Shown here: piece after piece, positions 7,151-15,355 of the stretch
Layout of the letters: every line of letters starts with the position of its first letter
How positions within the stretch are numbered: the first letter of the stretch is position 1
From: an uncultured virus (IMG/VR IMGVR_UViG_3300000156_000110)
Lineage: Duplodnaviria; Heunggongvirae; Uroviricota; Caudoviricetes
Reading direction: 5' to 3' (one strand)
DNA length: 20,000 bases
Virus record (IMG/VR): IMGVR_UViG_3300000156_000110
Location: 47,019 to 67,018 of that record
Translations under genes and position numbers: made by a program
Notes under the pieces: model-generated
The model's input: only the letters and a program-made list of their open reading frames with translations
Database searches by the model: none
Told to the model about the DNA's origin: nothing

Positions 7151-9753
7151 TTTCTCCTCGTCTTGAGTTGGCGGGCTGCCATTTTGGCGTCGATGGCTTG
7201 GGACACATCGCCCTTGCTCCAAGTCGGGTCGACCTGGATGCCGAGCTTGCGGGCGAAGGCGAGTTGCTTATCAGAGGGCGGGGTCTTGCGCCATGGGGCG
7301 TCGCGAGCGGTCAACTGCGGGGCCTGCCGACGCACGTAGTCCTCCGCCGCTCCCTGCGCCCACTCCAAGTCAGCCGCCCTCGCCAGCTCCACGTTGCGAC
7401 CCTTGACCCCGTACCCGGCAGGCATCGAGGTCGCGACCCACTCGTCACCGGACTTCTCCAACAGCACCATCCGCTGCGGCAGCATCACGGCATACCCGGC
7501 GTCGACGTGGACCCAGGCAATCGGAGCCTGCTTGAGCTTGCCAAGCAGCTCGATCTCCTTGGCCTGTAGAACGCCCATCGCGACCTGCTTGGCTCGCATG
7601 GCGACCAACCCGTCGCTCACCTTCGCCGTACCGTTCTCGAAACCCTTGGGGTCGATGCCGAGCAGGGTGGGGACAGTGCAGAGCTTATGTTCGGACGCCA
7701 CCCCCACACAGTCGAGGACGAGACAGTCGGTCTTGTCCACGTGCTTGCGAGTACCTCGTCCAATAACTTGGGCGTAGAGAGCCCGGGACTGAGTTGGGCG
7801 GGCCATCACGATGCAGTCGACCCGCGGGTTGTCGTAGCCCTCCGTGAGCACCCCGCAGTTCGTCACCACGTCGAGGTCACCGCGAGCGAAGGCGGCCAGG
7901 GTCCGGCGTCGGTCGGCGATGTCCTGAGCACCCCACACCACGCCGGCGCGGATACCCGAAGCACCGAAGGCGTCGGCGGTGGCTTGGGCGAGGTCGACAG
8001 TCGGGCAGAACACGATCGTGCGCCGCCCGATGGCGTGCTCCATCCATGAGGCGACGACGTGGCCGGGAGCATCGGCGGCTTCGAGCGCGGCCCCAAGAGC
8101 ACCGTCCTGGTAGTCGCCCTTGGACTTCGCGACCGTCCCGAGGTCGACGGCCAACTTGACCTGGATGCCTCGGAGGTCGCAGAGATAGCCCGCCTCGATC
8201 CCCCACCCGAGGTCGTAGTTGAACACGATCTCGTCGAAGACGGAGTCGAGTCCGGTCTTGTCGCCTCGGTCGGGCGTTGCGGTCACCCCGAGTAGGAGAG
8301 GTTGTGGCGCGCCATCCACCGGCCCCATCGGGCCGCACCCGAGGGCATTGAGGACGGTCCGGTAGGACGCCGCGCTCGCGTGGTGGGCCTCGTCGACCAC
8401 CACCAAGGAGAACGGGTTGCGCTGGTGACGATGGATGAGGTTCCGCAGGCGTCGAGGGACCGAGACGGTTTGGATCGAGGCGACCACGACATCGGACCAT
8501 CCCTCGTTGCGCTCCGCCTTCACGATCCCGATGTCTCGATCCGGGCAGACCCACGACACCTTCTCGGCCGCCTGGGAGATCAGTTCGTCGCGGTGGGCGA
8601 GGATGAGCGTTGGCCCAGGAGTCTCGGCCGCCATCGTCCCGAACAGGATTGTATTGTGCGTGACCACATGGCCCACGGTGACGAAGAGTCCGTCCGCGGC
8701 GTCGACCTTGATGCAGACGGTCTCAGTCGGGTCGATCGGCTCAATGGCAGAGATACGGCGAACCGGCCCCGTCCGAGGTTTGGACGACCACTTGGCCGCC
8801 TTACGCTCCAAGAGGAACGGATTCATCCCGAACCGCAGGATAACGTTCGCACCCCAAGGGTCCGCATAGATGGTTGCGATGCCGCCTAAAGACTGAACCA
8901 GTTCAACCATATCCTGGGCGAGTCCCATTGAAGAGGTCGAGAACTCAACGAAGCTCTCCATATGTCCGTCGCAATCCATGAGTCCACGGAGAAGGTCGAG
9001 TCGTTGTTCGATGGATGACTCCAAGAAGTTGCGCGGGATGCGCTTCGTTGTCAGGTTCAAGTCCAGATCAACGACTCCGGCCCAGAAGCGATGATCCGGC
9101 GTGTCTCGGGCGAAATCCGCCGGACTCGGCACCTGACAACGGCCACCCCGTCTCCCTTGTAGGAATGTGACGAGGGGAACCAAAGCAAGATGCTTCGGGA
9201 GGCGCTGTTCCAGTTCGACGACCATCCCGCTCCCGCCCGAACCATCACTCAGCAGGACACCGAGCACGTATGGGTCGATCGACAATGGGGTGTCCGGTCT
9301 CTCGACTGGCTGCGTCACCGGTATCCGCCACGACACATAAGTGTCGGCAAGTTCCTCGGTGCTGAGCGTCCTCCACGAGCGTCCGAGCTTGAGCATGGCG
9401 TCAGTGGTGACGGTCCAGAGATGATCGGCGTCGACCACGATCGAAACGCCATCTTCGGTGGTCACCCGGTATGCGGGTTGGAGTCCACGATGGAACACGC
9501 CCGTCACGGCCACGGGATGACCGTCGGCGCCGACGACCTGATCGCCTACGACGAGATCCTCCACCGGCCGCCAACCGTTCGCGGTCAGAACCGGAGTCCC
9601 GAGAGCGAGGCCCTTCCCGGCTCCCGTGAACGCAACCCCGAGTTGACGCTTGACTCCCCGGGCCTGAGCCTCGGCGATGGCATCGAGCGCCTGGCGTTGA
9701 TAGGGCCGAAGCTCGATCTTGGGAGGAGCGCCGCCGAGTGCGAGGGTGCTCAT
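7147..9753 (-). CDS. SF2 DEAH-box helicase (Res/Irc3-like) precursor containing an intein (868 aa; ~548 aa spliced)
   Basis: LRPYQ, TGAGK|T, ILAHRDELISQ, VVDEAHH, GVTATPDR, VLTEGYD, QVIGRGTR; ATG at 9753 in ATGA overlap. Confidence 0.93.
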   Translation of the reverse strand: MSTLALGGAPPKIELRPYQRQALDAIAEAQARGVKRQLGVAFTGAGKGLALGTPVLTANGWRPVEDLVVGDQVVGADGHPVAVTGVFHRGLQPAYRVTTEDGVSIVVDADHLWTVTTDAMLKLGRSWRTLSTEELADTYVSWRIPVTQPVERPDTPLSIDPYVLGVLLSDGSGGSGMVVELEQRLPKHLALVPLVTFLQGRRGGRCQVPSPADFARDTPDHRFWAGVVDLDLNLTTKRIPRNFLESSIEQRLDLLRGLMDCDGHMESFVEFSTSSMGLAQDMVELVQSLGGIATIYADPWGANVILRFGMNPFLLERKAAKWSSKPRTGPVRRISAIEPIDPTETVCIKVDAADGLFVTVGHVVTHNTILFGTMAAETPGPTLILAHRDELISQAAEKVSWVCPDRDIGIVKAERNEGWSDVVVASIQTVSVPRRLRNLIHRHQRNPFSLVVVDEAHHASAASYRTVLNALGCGPMGPVDGAPQPLLLGVTATPDRGDKTGLDSVFDEIVFNYDLGWGIEAGYLCDLRGIQVKLAVDLGTVAKSKGDYQDGALGAALEAADAPGHVVASWMEHAIGRRTIVFCPTVDLAQATADAFGASGIRAGVVWGAQDIADRRRTLAAFARGDLDVVTNCGVLTEGYDNPRVDCIVMARPTQSRALYAQVIGRGTRKHVDKTDCLVLDCVGVASEHKLCTVPTLLGIDPKGFENGTAKVSDGLVAMRAKQVAMGVLQAKEIELLGKLKQAPIAWVHVDAGYAVMLPQRMVLLEKSGDEWVATSMPAGYGVKGRNVELARAADLEWAQGAAEDYVRRQAPQLTARDAPWRKTPPSDKQLAFARKLGIQVDPTWSKGDVSQAIDAKMAARQLKTRRK
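8653..9612 (-). mobile_element. intein (320 aa) with LAGLIDADG homing-endonuclease motifs, inserted in Walker A; class-3 signature
   Basis: Starts GLALGTPVLTANGW, block B DADHLW, blocks C/E LGVLLSDG and LRGLMDCDG, block F TVCIKV, ends VVTHN/T. Confidence 0.92.
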
Positions 9754-10022
9754 GCCAGACGGAGCAGCCACACCGACACGGCGATAGTGGCCGCGACGAG
9801 CAACACGATGAGGCATAGTCGGACGGTGATCTGGATGGCGAGGCGGGTGGCGCTTAGCGCCCGTTCCGAACGAGTCGGAGGCTTCGGCTCCGATGGGACT
9901 CCGAAGAGGGCTTCACACAGTCCCCCGATGATGCCGCCAGTGGGTGCTGCGGAGGGGGAGCCCGAAGGCTTCCCCCTCACGGTCGCACTCCATGAGTCCT
10001 CGGAGAATCTGGGCGGACTCAC
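9750..10022 (-). CDS. hypothetical protein with C-terminal TM helix (90 aa)
   Basis: Coupled by 4-nt overlaps on both sides; hydrophobic C-terminus. Confidence 0.6.
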   Translation of the reverse strand: MSPPRFSEDSWSATVRGKPSGSPSAAPTGGIIGGLCEALFGVPSEPKPPTRSERALSATRLAIQITVRLCLIVLLVAATIAVSVWLLRLA

Positions 10023-11011
10023 GCTGCGACGACCTCTCGGACCAGCTTCACCGCCCGAGCCTTGAGGGGCTCAGGACGAAGGAGCTGACGACCGAACAGC
10101 GTCGCATCGCTGCGGGCCTTGCGCACGTGGTCGAGGTACTCGCCCGACGCCTGCACCAGACCGTAGGCCGTGTCGCGGATGCCATCGCAGGTGGGTGAGG
10201 CGAGGATGGCCCGGATGGCGGCCCTTGCCTCTTCCACGTTGGCGGCGACACGGTCGGAGATGAGAGCCTCGACCGGCGAGGGGATGAACTCGGCGATGAA
10301 GCGCCGGGTCTGGACCTCGTCGACGTGCAGCAGGCTCAGTTGAGTGGCGAGTTCCCTCCACTCCTGGGCCTCGGCCCTTGTGGCGTTGATGACCCGTCGA
10401 GCGTCCTCCACCCGGTCACGCCAGTTCTTCGTGTGACGGAAGGTGAACTGCAAGCCGGACCTCTGGCCCTCGGCTTCGGCGGCGGCGAAGGTGTTGGCGC
10501 AGACCACTCGGACCGTGGTCCGGTTGACCTTGCATGCCGTCGACCCGTCGAAGCTGTTGAGCACCGAGGCGTAGGGGTAGGTGGCGCTTGGGTCGCCCGG
10601 GATCTGGAAGGGCTCGTCGACCCGAAGGACCGCGGCGAGCTTCTTGCCGCCGTCGAGCACGACCGTCGTCTCGTACTTGACGTTGTCCTCCTGCACCACG
10701 GCTTCGATGATCGGGCCCATGTCGGCCACCGTGATCGTGCCGTAGGTGGACTTCGGGACGCTCAGGATTGAGCCGGTGTCGCTGCGGGCGAGCCCCTTCT
10801 GGCCGGGGATCTCGGCGTAGGTCGCGGAGGGAATGCCGAAGGGATCAACCTCGACCTCGCGGGTGAAGACCGGAACCTCGACCACATCCCATTCCAAGCC
10901 TGCCAGCTTCCGGGCCTCATCCCAGGAGCCGGGGTAGTCGTCGATCACGACGCCCAACCGATGCCACGCTGGCTTTCGGACGAAGAAGCCACTCTCGAAC
11001 TCTGCGCTCAT
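10019..11011 (-). CDS. DUF932-family phage/plasmid protein (330 aa)
   Basis: PAWHRLG, AGLEWDV, LNSFDGS, TTVRVVCANT, FRHT motifs; ATG at 11011 with GGAGG RBS. Confidence 0.88.
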   Translation of the reverse strand: MSAEFESGFFVRKPAWHRLGVVIDDYPGSWDEARKLAGLEWDVVEVPVFTREVEVDPFGIPSATYAEIPGQKGLARSDTGSILSVPKSTYGTITVADMGPIIEAVVQEDNVKYETTVVLDGGKKLAAVLRVDEPFQIPGDPSATYPYASVLNSFDGSTACKVNRTTVRVVCANTFAAAEAEGQRSGLQFTFRHTKNWRDRVEDARRVINATRAEAQEWRELATQLSLLHVDEVQTRRFIAEFIPSPVEALISDRVAANVEEARAAIRAILASPTCDGIRDTAYGLVQASGEYLDHVRKARSDATLFGRQLLRPEPLKARAVKLVREVVAA

Positions 11012-11056
11012 CTCTGCCTCCAAGGGGTTGATGGCGGGCCGGAATGCCCGTCGCTG

Positions 11057-11086
11057 AGTATAACCGCACCCGGGTGCGGTTCATTC
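11057..11086 (-). promoter_or_regulatory. promoter P3: -10 TATACT preceded by perfect 20-bp palindrome AACCGCACCCGGGTGCGGTT; -35 poor
   Basis: Palindrome 11062-11081, -10 at 11057-11062, upstream of the DUF932 gene. Confidence 0.7.
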
Positions 11087-12037
11087 CGACGGCGACGTAT
11101 CCGACATCTCCACTCGCTCCAACTCAGCGCACTCGGCGTGGTAGGGCTCGCCCTTGGCGTTGCCGGATGCGACTGCGGTGGGGTCGAAGATCGGCGTATT
11201 GCACCAGACACACTCCGGGTCGTTGGCTTCGGCAGGCGTATCGTCTGCCAACTGCACCACGAAAGCACCGGAGACGGCGACGATCTTGACCACGGCGGCC
11301 GGGTCGAGGTCGCCGAACCTAATACCGTCCAGTCCGGACCGCTCCTTCCACTCCCTCATCGCCTCCCGCACTGGCTCGGACAGTCCATGGAGGTATTCGC
11401 CTGCGGCCTTCCTGACCAAATCGACCGCAGGCGGTGCGGGAGGCGGAGGCGGCACATCGCGGTCCGATACTTCTTCAGCACTGACTTCGCCACTGCCGAA
11501 CAAGTCAGACGAAGCGCGATTCGTGGCCCTCGTCATGGCTGTGGCTGGAAGGTCGTGGCCGGGCTTCGAGAAGTGGACGAACCCATTGCAGTCCTCCAGG
11601 CAACAGGTGTGGCCGTTCCAGTTCACCTTCCCGCACGGCACCGAGCAACATCGTTCCGTGATGTCGCAGGCACCGAGCCCGTCCATGATCCGACCGTTCG
11701 GTGCCGTGGCTCGCATGACGACCTCGGCCCGGATGATCCGGCCGCGGTCGTCGCGCTCGTAGACGCGGTCGAGGATCTCGGTGGACACGCCGAACGCCAC
11801 CGCGAGCTTTCGCCATGCCGACTTCTTGCGGAAGGACTTCGAGCCGATCGACTGGTAGTCCTTGGGCACCAGGAGCCGATCGCAGAGGGCGACGTAGTCC
11901 TTGAACGACTGCTCGATCTCGGCCAGCGGCGCGACCGGGGTGACGAGCGAACCGTGGGAGAGGATCGGCGTCAGGTCGACGACCGTCGTCTCGATCGCTT
12001 CGGCTTCGGGTATGTCCTCGGTCTTAGTACGCGCCAT
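11081..12037 (-). CDS. putative ssDNA-annealing/recombination protein (Rad52/Red-beta-like fold by inference), 318 aa
   Basis: KKSAWRKLAVAF, RATAPNGR..DG.GAC, HDLPATAMTRATNRASSDL..GEVSAEE; adjacent to Gam-like gene; ATG at 12037 with AAGGAG RBS. Confidence 0.55.
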   Translation of the reverse strand: MARTKTEDIPEAEAIETTVVDLTPILSHGSLVTPVAPLAEIEQSFKDYVALCDRLLVPKDYQSIGSKSFRKKSAWRKLAVAFGVSTEILDRVYERDDRGRIIRAEVVMRATAPNGRIMDGLGACDITERCCSVPCGKVNWNGHTCCLEDCNGFVHFSKPGHDLPATAMTRATNRASSDLFGSGEVSAEEVSDRDVPPPPPAPPAVDLVRKAAGEYLHGLSEPVREAMREWKERSGLDGIRFGDLDPAAVVKIVAVSGAFVVQLADDTPAEANDPECVWCNTPIFDPTAVASGNAKGEPYHAECAELERVEMSDTSPSE

Positions 12038-12674
12038 CGGAATCTCCTTGTGAGGTTGGAAGCTCAACGCTACCGAGGGGGTGAGACACCGAAGCAGGAG
12101 CGAGGCTCGGCGGCACCGCGGGCTTCACCCGGAAGGATCGGCCGGCCGGCGTGCCGACTAGACCGGGCACGACCTCGTCGTCACTGAGCACCTTGTCATC
12201 CACAATCGTCAGCAGGTGCTTGATGGATCCGACTGACGGCGACAGGTTGAGCAGGTCGAGGCGGTTGTTCGCCACGGCCCATTCTACGAACTTCTCCTTG
12301 TCGACGACATCAACGCCGGGTTGGGTAGCCGACGAGGCGATGGTTCCAGCCGGGAGCTTGTGAGACTTCGGGGCCTTGTCCTCGGGACCGTCGAACTCTC
12401 GGCGCAGTCGGCGCAGATAACCGGTCAGCAACGCCTCCATGTATTCCATGGTCGCCGCCGATGGATTCGTCACGGCATCGAGCCACTGGCCGATCATGGT
12501 CCGCCACCGATGAGCTTCGGCCACGGCCTCCGCCATCGCCGCTTCGGCCTCTGCGAACTTGAGCATCGCCCAATTCGCCTTAGCGTCGTTGTCGACGACG
12601 AAAGACCCGTCGGGGTGCGGGTCCAGTTGCTCGGCCAGGTATTCGCCCAATCCGCTCGAAACTTGGTCATTCAT
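12024..12674 (-). CDS. Mu Gam-like host-nuclease inhibitor / DNA end-binding protein (216 aa)
   Basis: FVVDNDAKANWAM + coiled coil + KSHKLPAGTI + FVEWA pattern; ATG at 12674 with AAGGAG RBS. Confidence 0.7.
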   Translation of the reverse strand: MNDQVSSGLGEYLAEQLDPHPDGSFVVDNDAKANWAMLKFAEAEAAMAEAVAEAHRWRTMIGQWLDAVTNPSAATMEYMEALLTGYLRRLRREFDGPEDKAPKSHKLPAGTIASSATQPGVDVVDKEKFVEWAVANNRLDLLNLSPSVGSIKHLLTIVDDKVLSDDEVVPGLVGTPAGRSFRVKPAVPPSLAPASVSHPLGSVELPTSQGDSDGAY

Positions 12675-13143
12675 CCTTGGCACTCCTTTTTGATAGCGGT
12701 GGGGTCTGAACATCGAGTTCCTTGAGTCGGACGGGGTTGCCCCTCGCCCACGCCTGCCAGACGAGGTTCTCCCGAGCAAGACGCGCCTGGCGCAAGGACT
12801 CCTTCGTCTCCTCGATGCGATCATCAGCCTCACCAATGGCCGCGGCCTCCTCGGCCCTCAGCTTCCTGACGGCACCCTTGACACCGCGAGCCGTCGCGGA
12901 GCATCTGACTGTTCGTGGTGGTGCCCTAAATCCATCACCAGCCATCGGCTCCGAAAACCTAAGATCCAATTGCGATCGATCCCACCCGGCGTGTTCCGAG
13001 ATCGTGAAGATCCCCCCAAGCCTTTCCTTGCTGGCTCGGCGGATCTCTCGGGGGCGCACCGTCATCGCATTGGCCGTATATATCTCGGTCTTGGCCGCGC
13101 CCCTGTCATGGAATAGGAACACAAAACGTTCGCCATCAGCCAT
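12667..13143 (-). CDS. hypothetical protein with C-terminal coiled coil (158 aa)
   Basis: ATG with GGGAGG RBS, first gene after P4; stop overlaps the Gam start region. Confidence 0.75.
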   Translation of the reverse strand: MADGERFVFLFHDRGAAKTEIYTANAMTVRPREIRRASKERLGGIFTISEHAGWDRSQLDLRFSEPMAGDGFRAPPRTVRCSATARGVKGAVRKLRAEEAAAIGEADDRIEETKESLRQARLARENLVWQAWARGNPVRLKELDVQTPPLSKRSAKDE

Positions 13144-13178
13144 TGTCAGCCTCCCTCACATACCCCCGGTTGGATCGG

Positions 13179-13199
13179 GGAGCGGGTCAGTCCCGCTCC
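13179..13199 (-). terminator. 8-bp hairpin after the tail operon, possible terminator
   Basis: GGAGCGGG-N5-CCCGCTCC about 30 nt downstream of the tail-fibre stop. Confidence 0.4.
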
Positions 13200-13202
13200 A
13201 CC

Positions 13203-13229
13203 AGTATACCGCACCGGGGTGCGCTACAA
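13203..13229 (-). promoter_or_regulatory. promoter P4: -10 TATACT with operator AGCGCACCCCGGTGCGGT; TTGTAG at short 15-bp spacing
   Basis: Minus strand TTGTAG CGCACCCCGGTGCGG TATACT at the tail/early-gene junction. Confidence 0.7.
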
Positions 13230-13231
13230 GG

Positions 13232-15355
13232 TCAGACGCCGCCCGACGTGAGGCCCGGGACCATCCCGACAGTGCCATTCACGGTGTCGGCCACGAGGGT
13301 GACCCGGATCAGTGCGACCTCGCTGGTCAGTAGCGCCAACGCCAAGTCCTCGCGCTGTTCGGTGACCGAGAACGGTTCGCGGGGTTGTCCCGCCCCTGGC
13401 GACTTCAAGCCCAAGTCGGGATGGATCGTGTCGTTGACTGAGTAGGCCCAATCGGGGGGAAGGATCATGCGCCGAGCAGATGCGTGGAAACTTGCCCCCC
13501 CGGATGGAGGAATGGTCGCGGCCGCTACCGCCGTCAGTTCATCGGGCATCATCGCCCAGGCATTGTTGACCGGCTGGGCGTCGGTTGGTGCGGTTCCGAG
13601 CGTGTCCACGATCACCGGATCGCCGTCGGCTTCGATGAGTGGGAGCACAACCGGGAACCCCCCAACCTGCGGCGAGTAGGTCACCGTGATCTTTCCCTCG
13701 CCCGAATTGGCTCCCTGGTTGTTGGTGACAGTGCCGAACTCACCAACCGAATAGGCGGTCGACCCTCCACCGCCACCGGCGGCCCCGAACCCGATCCGCA
13801 CCCCGCCGCCACCGCCGCCGCGGTATCCACCACCGCCCGCGCCGGCGCACCAACTCTCCCCGCCCGTCCCGGCAGTGAACTGCCGCCCGTTGCCGCCCTG
13901 CAATGGTGACCCATCCCGCCCGACCAAATCTCCCGCGCCACCGACTCCCGAATAGGTCTGACCACCACCCTGACCCCCCTCGGCATCGGCGGCTGCACCG
14001 CCATCCCCGGCGATCGGTCCGCCTCCCAACCCTCCGACACCGGGAACGTTTCCTCGCCCAGCCCCACCACCGCCACCAACGATGGCGATGATGTTCGAGG
14101 CACTCGTCCCGCCCCGATAGACCGCGCTGCCAGCCCCCCCGCCGCCGCCGAGAGCCAACGGCGATCCGTGCCCGGCGTCGAGTTCGCAGTCGCCGCCCGG
14201 AGCAGGACCGTCACCGCCCGAGCCCGCACTGCCCATTGAACCCGCCCAGAAGTGCAAGACCTCGCCGGGAGTGACCGGCATGTCTGCCTCGAACACTCCA
14301 CCAGGACCGCCCGCCACCAATGCTGACTCCCCCGCCGCACCCTCGACGGTGATGTGAACGGAGAATACGTCCGTCGGAACCGTCCATGCCTCCTGAACAC
14401 CGGGGAAATATTCGTCGGTCTTGGAGAATGTCTGCTCGCTGACCCTGAAATATTGAAAGCTCGGCCCGAATGAAGGGTCGACGTAGAACAATACAAACCG
14501 CCCGTCGCTCAGGGCCACTATCCGACCGACCGCATCCACGTCAACCGGCTCGGACAGATATGGCCCATCGGGAAGCAGGACCGTGCCCTGGTTCGGGCCG
14601 ATGAGACGAACCGTGTTGCGGGTGAAGGCGCCGTTGACATCGTGGTGTCGGCTGAGCATCACCGACCAGGCGTCGGCCAACCGATACCGGCCCTCGCTGT
14701 CGACACCGTTGGCAACTCGGCCCGGTTGTCCGGCCTGAACGCTCACCGGCACGTCGATGTAGGGATCGTCCTCATCAGGCACCATGTAGTCGACCGTGAA
14801 GACCGTGAGGGCCGGGAGCGCCCCGCCTTCTTCGGGAAAATGGACGAGCCGGAAAGTGGCGGCCCCCGATTTGTTGATAGCTGGGAGGGTGGAAAACCGA
14901 TATCCGGGGAAGTAGTAGCCGACCTCGGGCTGTGTCCTGACGACCTTCCCATTGAGTGAGCCGATGCCGGGATGGACCTCGGCCTCGATGTAGACGGGAT
15001 CGGGTCGGGAATGGTCGATCCGAATGATCCCCACTGATGCGAGGAACACCGGTGGACTCGATGAGGCATAGGGGTTGAAGACGAACAGGAACCGGCTCGC
15101 ATCGACCTGGGTAATCCCGGCCCAAATCTCCCCAAGTGACGAGATCGGGTTCGTCGGCCCCCCGTCGTGGTAGGCGAACTCGGGCGTCACGACCGGTGCG
15201 GCAGTCACATGCATCAGGGTGACTCGACGCTCATAGCTGCCTTGGTCAGTCGACGTAAGGACTATGGCGTAGTCCTTGTCGACCCGCAGGAGGATGGGCG
15301 GATAGAAGGAGGTCGGGTAGCTCACCTTGTTGATGAGGGTGATGCCTTGGCTCAC
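13232..15355 (-). CDS. glycine-rich minor tail / receptor-binding protein (707 aa)
   Basis: GTG at 15355 overlaps upstream stop (GTGA); WTVP..V...VEGAAG then GGGGGAGS/GGGGGYRGGGGG polyglycine domain; last gene of the tail module. Confidence 0.75.
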   Translation of the reverse strand: MSQGITLINKVSYPTSFYPPILLRVDKDYAIVLTSTDQGSYERRVTLMHVTAAPVVTPEFAYHDGGPTNPISSLGEIWAGITQVDASRFLFVFNPYASSSPPVFLASVGIIRIDHSRPDPVYIEAEVHPGIGSLNGKVVRTQPEVGYYFPGYRFSTLPAINKSGAATFRLVHFPEEGGALPALTVFTVDYMVPDEDDPYIDVPVSVQAGQPGRVANGVDSEGRYRLADAWSVMLSRHHDVNGAFTRNTVRLIGPNQGTVLLPDGPYLSEPVDVDAVGRIVALSDGRFVLFYVDPSFGPSFQYFRVSEQTFSKTDEYFPGVQEAWTVPTDVFSVHITVEGAAGESALVAGGPGGVFEADMPVTPGEVLHFWAGSMGSAGSGGDGPAPGGDCELDAGHGSPLALGGGGGAGSAVYRGGTSASNIIAIVGGGGGAGRGNVPGVGGLGGGPIAGDGGAAADAEGGQGGGQTYSGVGGAGDLVGRDGSPLQGGNGRQFTAGTGGESWCAGAGGGGYRGGGGGGVRIGFGAAGGGGGSTAYSVGEFGTVTNNQGANSGEGKITVTYSPQVGGFPVVLPLIEADGDPVIVDTLGTAPTDAQPVNNAWAMMPDELTAVAAATIPPSGGASFHASARRMILPPDWAYSVNDTIHPDLGLKSPGAGQPREPFSVTEQREDLALALLTSEVALIRVTLVADTVNGTVGMVPGLTSGGV

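Noticed and set aside
11032..11053. Short hairpin GGCGGGC/GCCCGTC in the DUF932 leader
   Set aside because: Too short for significance in GC-rich DNA and mismatched on the mRNA strand
13232..15355. Diversity-generating retroelement target in the tail fibre
   Set aside because: No reverse transcriptase and no template/variable repeat pair noticed in this window
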